NCBI RefSeq assembly: GCF_040938485.1
Contig: NW_027273095.1
Coordinates: 1-64,000 of the forward strand
Direction of reading: 5' to 3'
Source: Diadema antillarum
Lineage: Eukaryota
Length of the DNA: 64,000 nucleotides
Position 1 is the stretch's first letter. Each line of letters opens with the position of its first letter. A program made the position numbers and the translations under genes. Below are positions 61,481 to 64,000 of the stretch, piece after piece. The notes under the pieces are model-generated. The model did not search any database. It saw only the letters and a list, made by a program, of their open reading frames with translations, and had not been told where the DNA came from.

Positions 61481-61924
61481 GAAAATTAAAAGTGCAATTA
61501 ATTCATCTTACCTGGTAGAGCTTTAGAACTTCTAAACACAAACAAATTCCACTTTTACAGTATCTGTCTGTGTGAGTATGTGCTGATAATATTCCACCAT
61601 AAACTTTGCATTTAGAAGAATATCTAGAAGGGCATTTTCTCCTGTCAGCTTTCTTGGTTTGTTTGTTTGTTTGTTTTGTTTGTTTGTTTGTTTCCTAAGC
61701 ATTAAACTGACTTGCAATGACACATAGAACAAGACCACTGCTCACAGCTGTCACTTTAACCTTGCCTGGTGCGTATTATGCCTGAACAGACGTAAGTTCC
61801 GGTTCCTGACAGGCAGCGATTGAGACCGAAGCCCCTGTGTCGTACCCCCTCACGAAAAGTTTTAATGGAGAACATACCCGACATTATCATCTCAGAGATT
61901 TCTTCTCAATGTACCCCTGGATGG

Positions 61925-62074
61925 NNNNNNNNNNNNNNNNNNNNNNNNNNNNNNNNNNNNNNNNNNNNNNNNNNNNNNNNNNNNNNNNNNNNNNNNNNNN
62001 NNNNNNNNNNNNNNNNNNNNNNNNNNNNNNNNNNNNNNNNNNNNNNNNNNNNNNNNNNNNNNNNNNNNNNNNNN
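61925..62074. other. Assembly gap (150 N)
   Basis: Run of N. Confidence 1.
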
Positions 62075-62112
62075 CCTAAACATTATTGTTTTCTTTGTTG
62101 TCCTGTGTCTTC

Positions 62113-62205
62113 TTAATCTGTTGAAGATGAGTTGCAAGAATACTCTGGCAGGTATCTATGAAAAATGCGTGGTATAGCAAAATCAGTCTGCTCTCAACAG
62201 GTTAA
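62113..62205. mobile_element. 93-bp degenerate piggyBac-like MITE copy
   Basis: TTAATCTGTTGAAGATGAG...TACTCTGGCAGGTATCTATG...CTCAACAGGTTAA aligns to 42049-42141. Confidence 0.65.
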
Positions 62206-62571
62206 ATGGGTGGGGCTGGGGAAGGGTGGGGCTGGGGGCAATGGGGAAATGTATTGGCTAAGGTTCAGTGGTATGCCCTGTCATACATTGCACTTGAGTC
62301 CTTGTCAAATTAGGCTTCAGTGCTCTGCATGAAGACAGAATTCATAGGGAATAATGACAGTGTGGCTTAGCATACATTGTTTTGAGCATGTACAACTTGT
62401 ATGATTGTATGAGGTGTTACAAGACTCATTGAGTTCCTTCAGATGAGATTACTGCTTAAATACAAAAGATTAGTACCAGACAATTAGATGTCCATGGTCT
62501 AAAAAAGTAATGCTTTTGTGTCCAGGTTACTGTAGGAAATCATGTGTGCATAATTTCTTTTTGTGTTTCAG

Positions 62572-62633
62572 GGTTTTCGTCAGTTTCGGTCATTATATGA
62601 GGGAAAAGTACAAGGACTTGGGAGACCAGATGT
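62572..62633 (+). CDS. Weak candidate small internal exon (GFRQFRSLYEGKVQGLGRPD or VFVSFGHYMREKYKDLGDQM)
   Basis: Strong acceptor taatttctttttgtgtttcag| at 62571 and two open frames. Possible donors GTGTAT (62632) or GTATGC (62634). Confidence 0.25.
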
Positions 62634-62636
62634 GTA

Positions 62637-62849
62637 TGCTGTAAAAGTGGATATTTTCGCGCGACTAATTTTTCGCGCTTGGCCGGGTAAGAAGAGTTTC
62701 GCGTGCTTTTAATTCCGCGGAATCAAGACATCACGCACAGGAACATATGACGAGCAAAAATATGCGTGTGCTTTTATTTTCGCGCTAGTTTCTGGTTGCG
62801 CGAAATGCGCGAAAATTTCAACACGGCGAAAATTTCCACTTTTACAGTA
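62637..62849. mobile_element. 213-bp Tc1/mariner-type MITE, sibling of 915-1127
   Basis: (TG)CTGTAAAAGTGGATATTTTCGCGC...TTTCCACTTTTACAGTA. Confidence 0.85.
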
Positions 62850-63557
62850 GTGTTTACATTTGCATGATCTATTTTGTATAAAAAAGTATGAAGAATGCTT
62901 TACACACTACCATTCAGCATTTTACCTACTGCTGCAATAAATCCAAAATGGGAAAAAGACAGGATATCGTTTTTATCTTTTTCAATTGTGTCCGTTTTTC
63001 TGTTCTTTTGCCAATTAGAATAGGCCTACAGCTTGTCATCTGTGCCGAACACATCGTAATATTTTAGGTAAAATTCTAGGTACTGTATATTGGGTCCCCT
63101 GCCTCTCTTTCTCCTCCCCGGCCCCACCCCATCCCCCTATCACATCAATTTTTTGATTCACCAATCTGCTGAGCATCCATTGCATGGCAACTATAAACCA
63201 CTTTGTCTTTAGTCCCTTATTGCAGTTGACAGCTGACCAATTGTGGTCATTTCCCACTATTAAAATGGAACAGTTGTTCTGAAATTTTGATGTGTGCAAG
63301 TAGTGGTCCATGGTGCTAGAGAAGAATAAAAATTCTGTCAGCTTCAACAAAGATGAAAGACAAAGCTCGTGCACTGTACTGTATCTATCAGGGCTGTGGA
63401 GATTGTGTGGACTTACAGGCTACAAGGTGGCGAGTTATTGAAACATTGATTAATTTCCTCGTTAATGCACTAAACTGTTAAATGTATATCACATGATATG
63501 TACTTGATCATCAAGTTCATTCATCCCTCATATTTGCTCATATGAGTGGAATTGTAG

Positions 63558-64000
63558 TATACAAATGATGCACAGGATAGAGTGTGTTAGTGAAGGTGCG
63601 GCGCGCTCGAGAGTATTGACAATGGTGCGACATGCACGAGGCGCACTAACGCCACAAAATAATCCTGTGCATCATTTGTTTTATAAAATGGGTCGAAAAC
63701 TAACAGCATTATTCACGTACCTTTGTGGGTCAATACCAGTCAGCTACATGTAGCACTCGCTCAAAAGTCAAGATGTCCGAAGATGTTCGTCCCAAACATT
63801 TACGCACGTCGCACTCGGAAATCCCGCACATAAGTACTGTACGTACGTATAAGAGTATACGTACGCCACGTGTTATGCACAAGAAAGGCCGCCGGCTGTT
63901 GTGGCAGCCCGAACTAGAAGTTGTTTACAGGATTGACAGCGCGTATAGTAGGGCGTGACGCACTTGTAACAACTGATTGAGTGCGCACTGCTAGTGTAAA
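63558..64000. mobile_element. Non-duplicated copy of the 26.3-27.1 kb element (inverted; runs off the window end)
   Basis: TATACAAATGATGCACAGGATAGAGTG start, then a hairpin region, then an arm colinear with 26790-27036 and with the reverse complement of 26338-26670. Confidence 0.85.

Overview
AT-rich eukaryotic (animal) genomic DNA. The abundant poly-C/G runs and the repeat types suggest a marine invertebrate, plausibly an echinoderm; this is inference only. The window is almost entirely intronic or intergenic. Only one coding exon is well supported: 2296-2628 (+), a SAM-like domain, with a strong acceptor at 2060 and donor at 2629. The gene is not identified. Most ORF-track entries are spurious. 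Recognisable structure is mostly non-autonomous transposons: about ten TA-flanked Tc1/mariner (Tc2/pogo-like) MITEs rich in TTTCGCG, a 1.3-kb Tc2-like element, TTAA-flanked Kolobok-like fold-backs, four ~93-102-bp piggyBac-like palindromes, a TAA-flanked Harbinger MITE, three Helentron/DINE-1-like elements, LINE scraps and a ~195-bp tandem array with a dimeric higher-order repeat. There are two N gaps. Top observations: (1) Helentron-like elements carrying multimerised TF motifs (five invariant RFX X-boxes; nuclear-receptor DR1 sites); (2) an apparent template-switch inverted duplication at 26.4-27.1 kb; (3) a CpG-rich candidate bidirectional promoter at 10.6-11.2 kb with divergent consensus splice donors. 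No rRNA, tRNA, CRISPR or autonomous transposase was seen, and nothing here demonstrates a new biological system without experiments.
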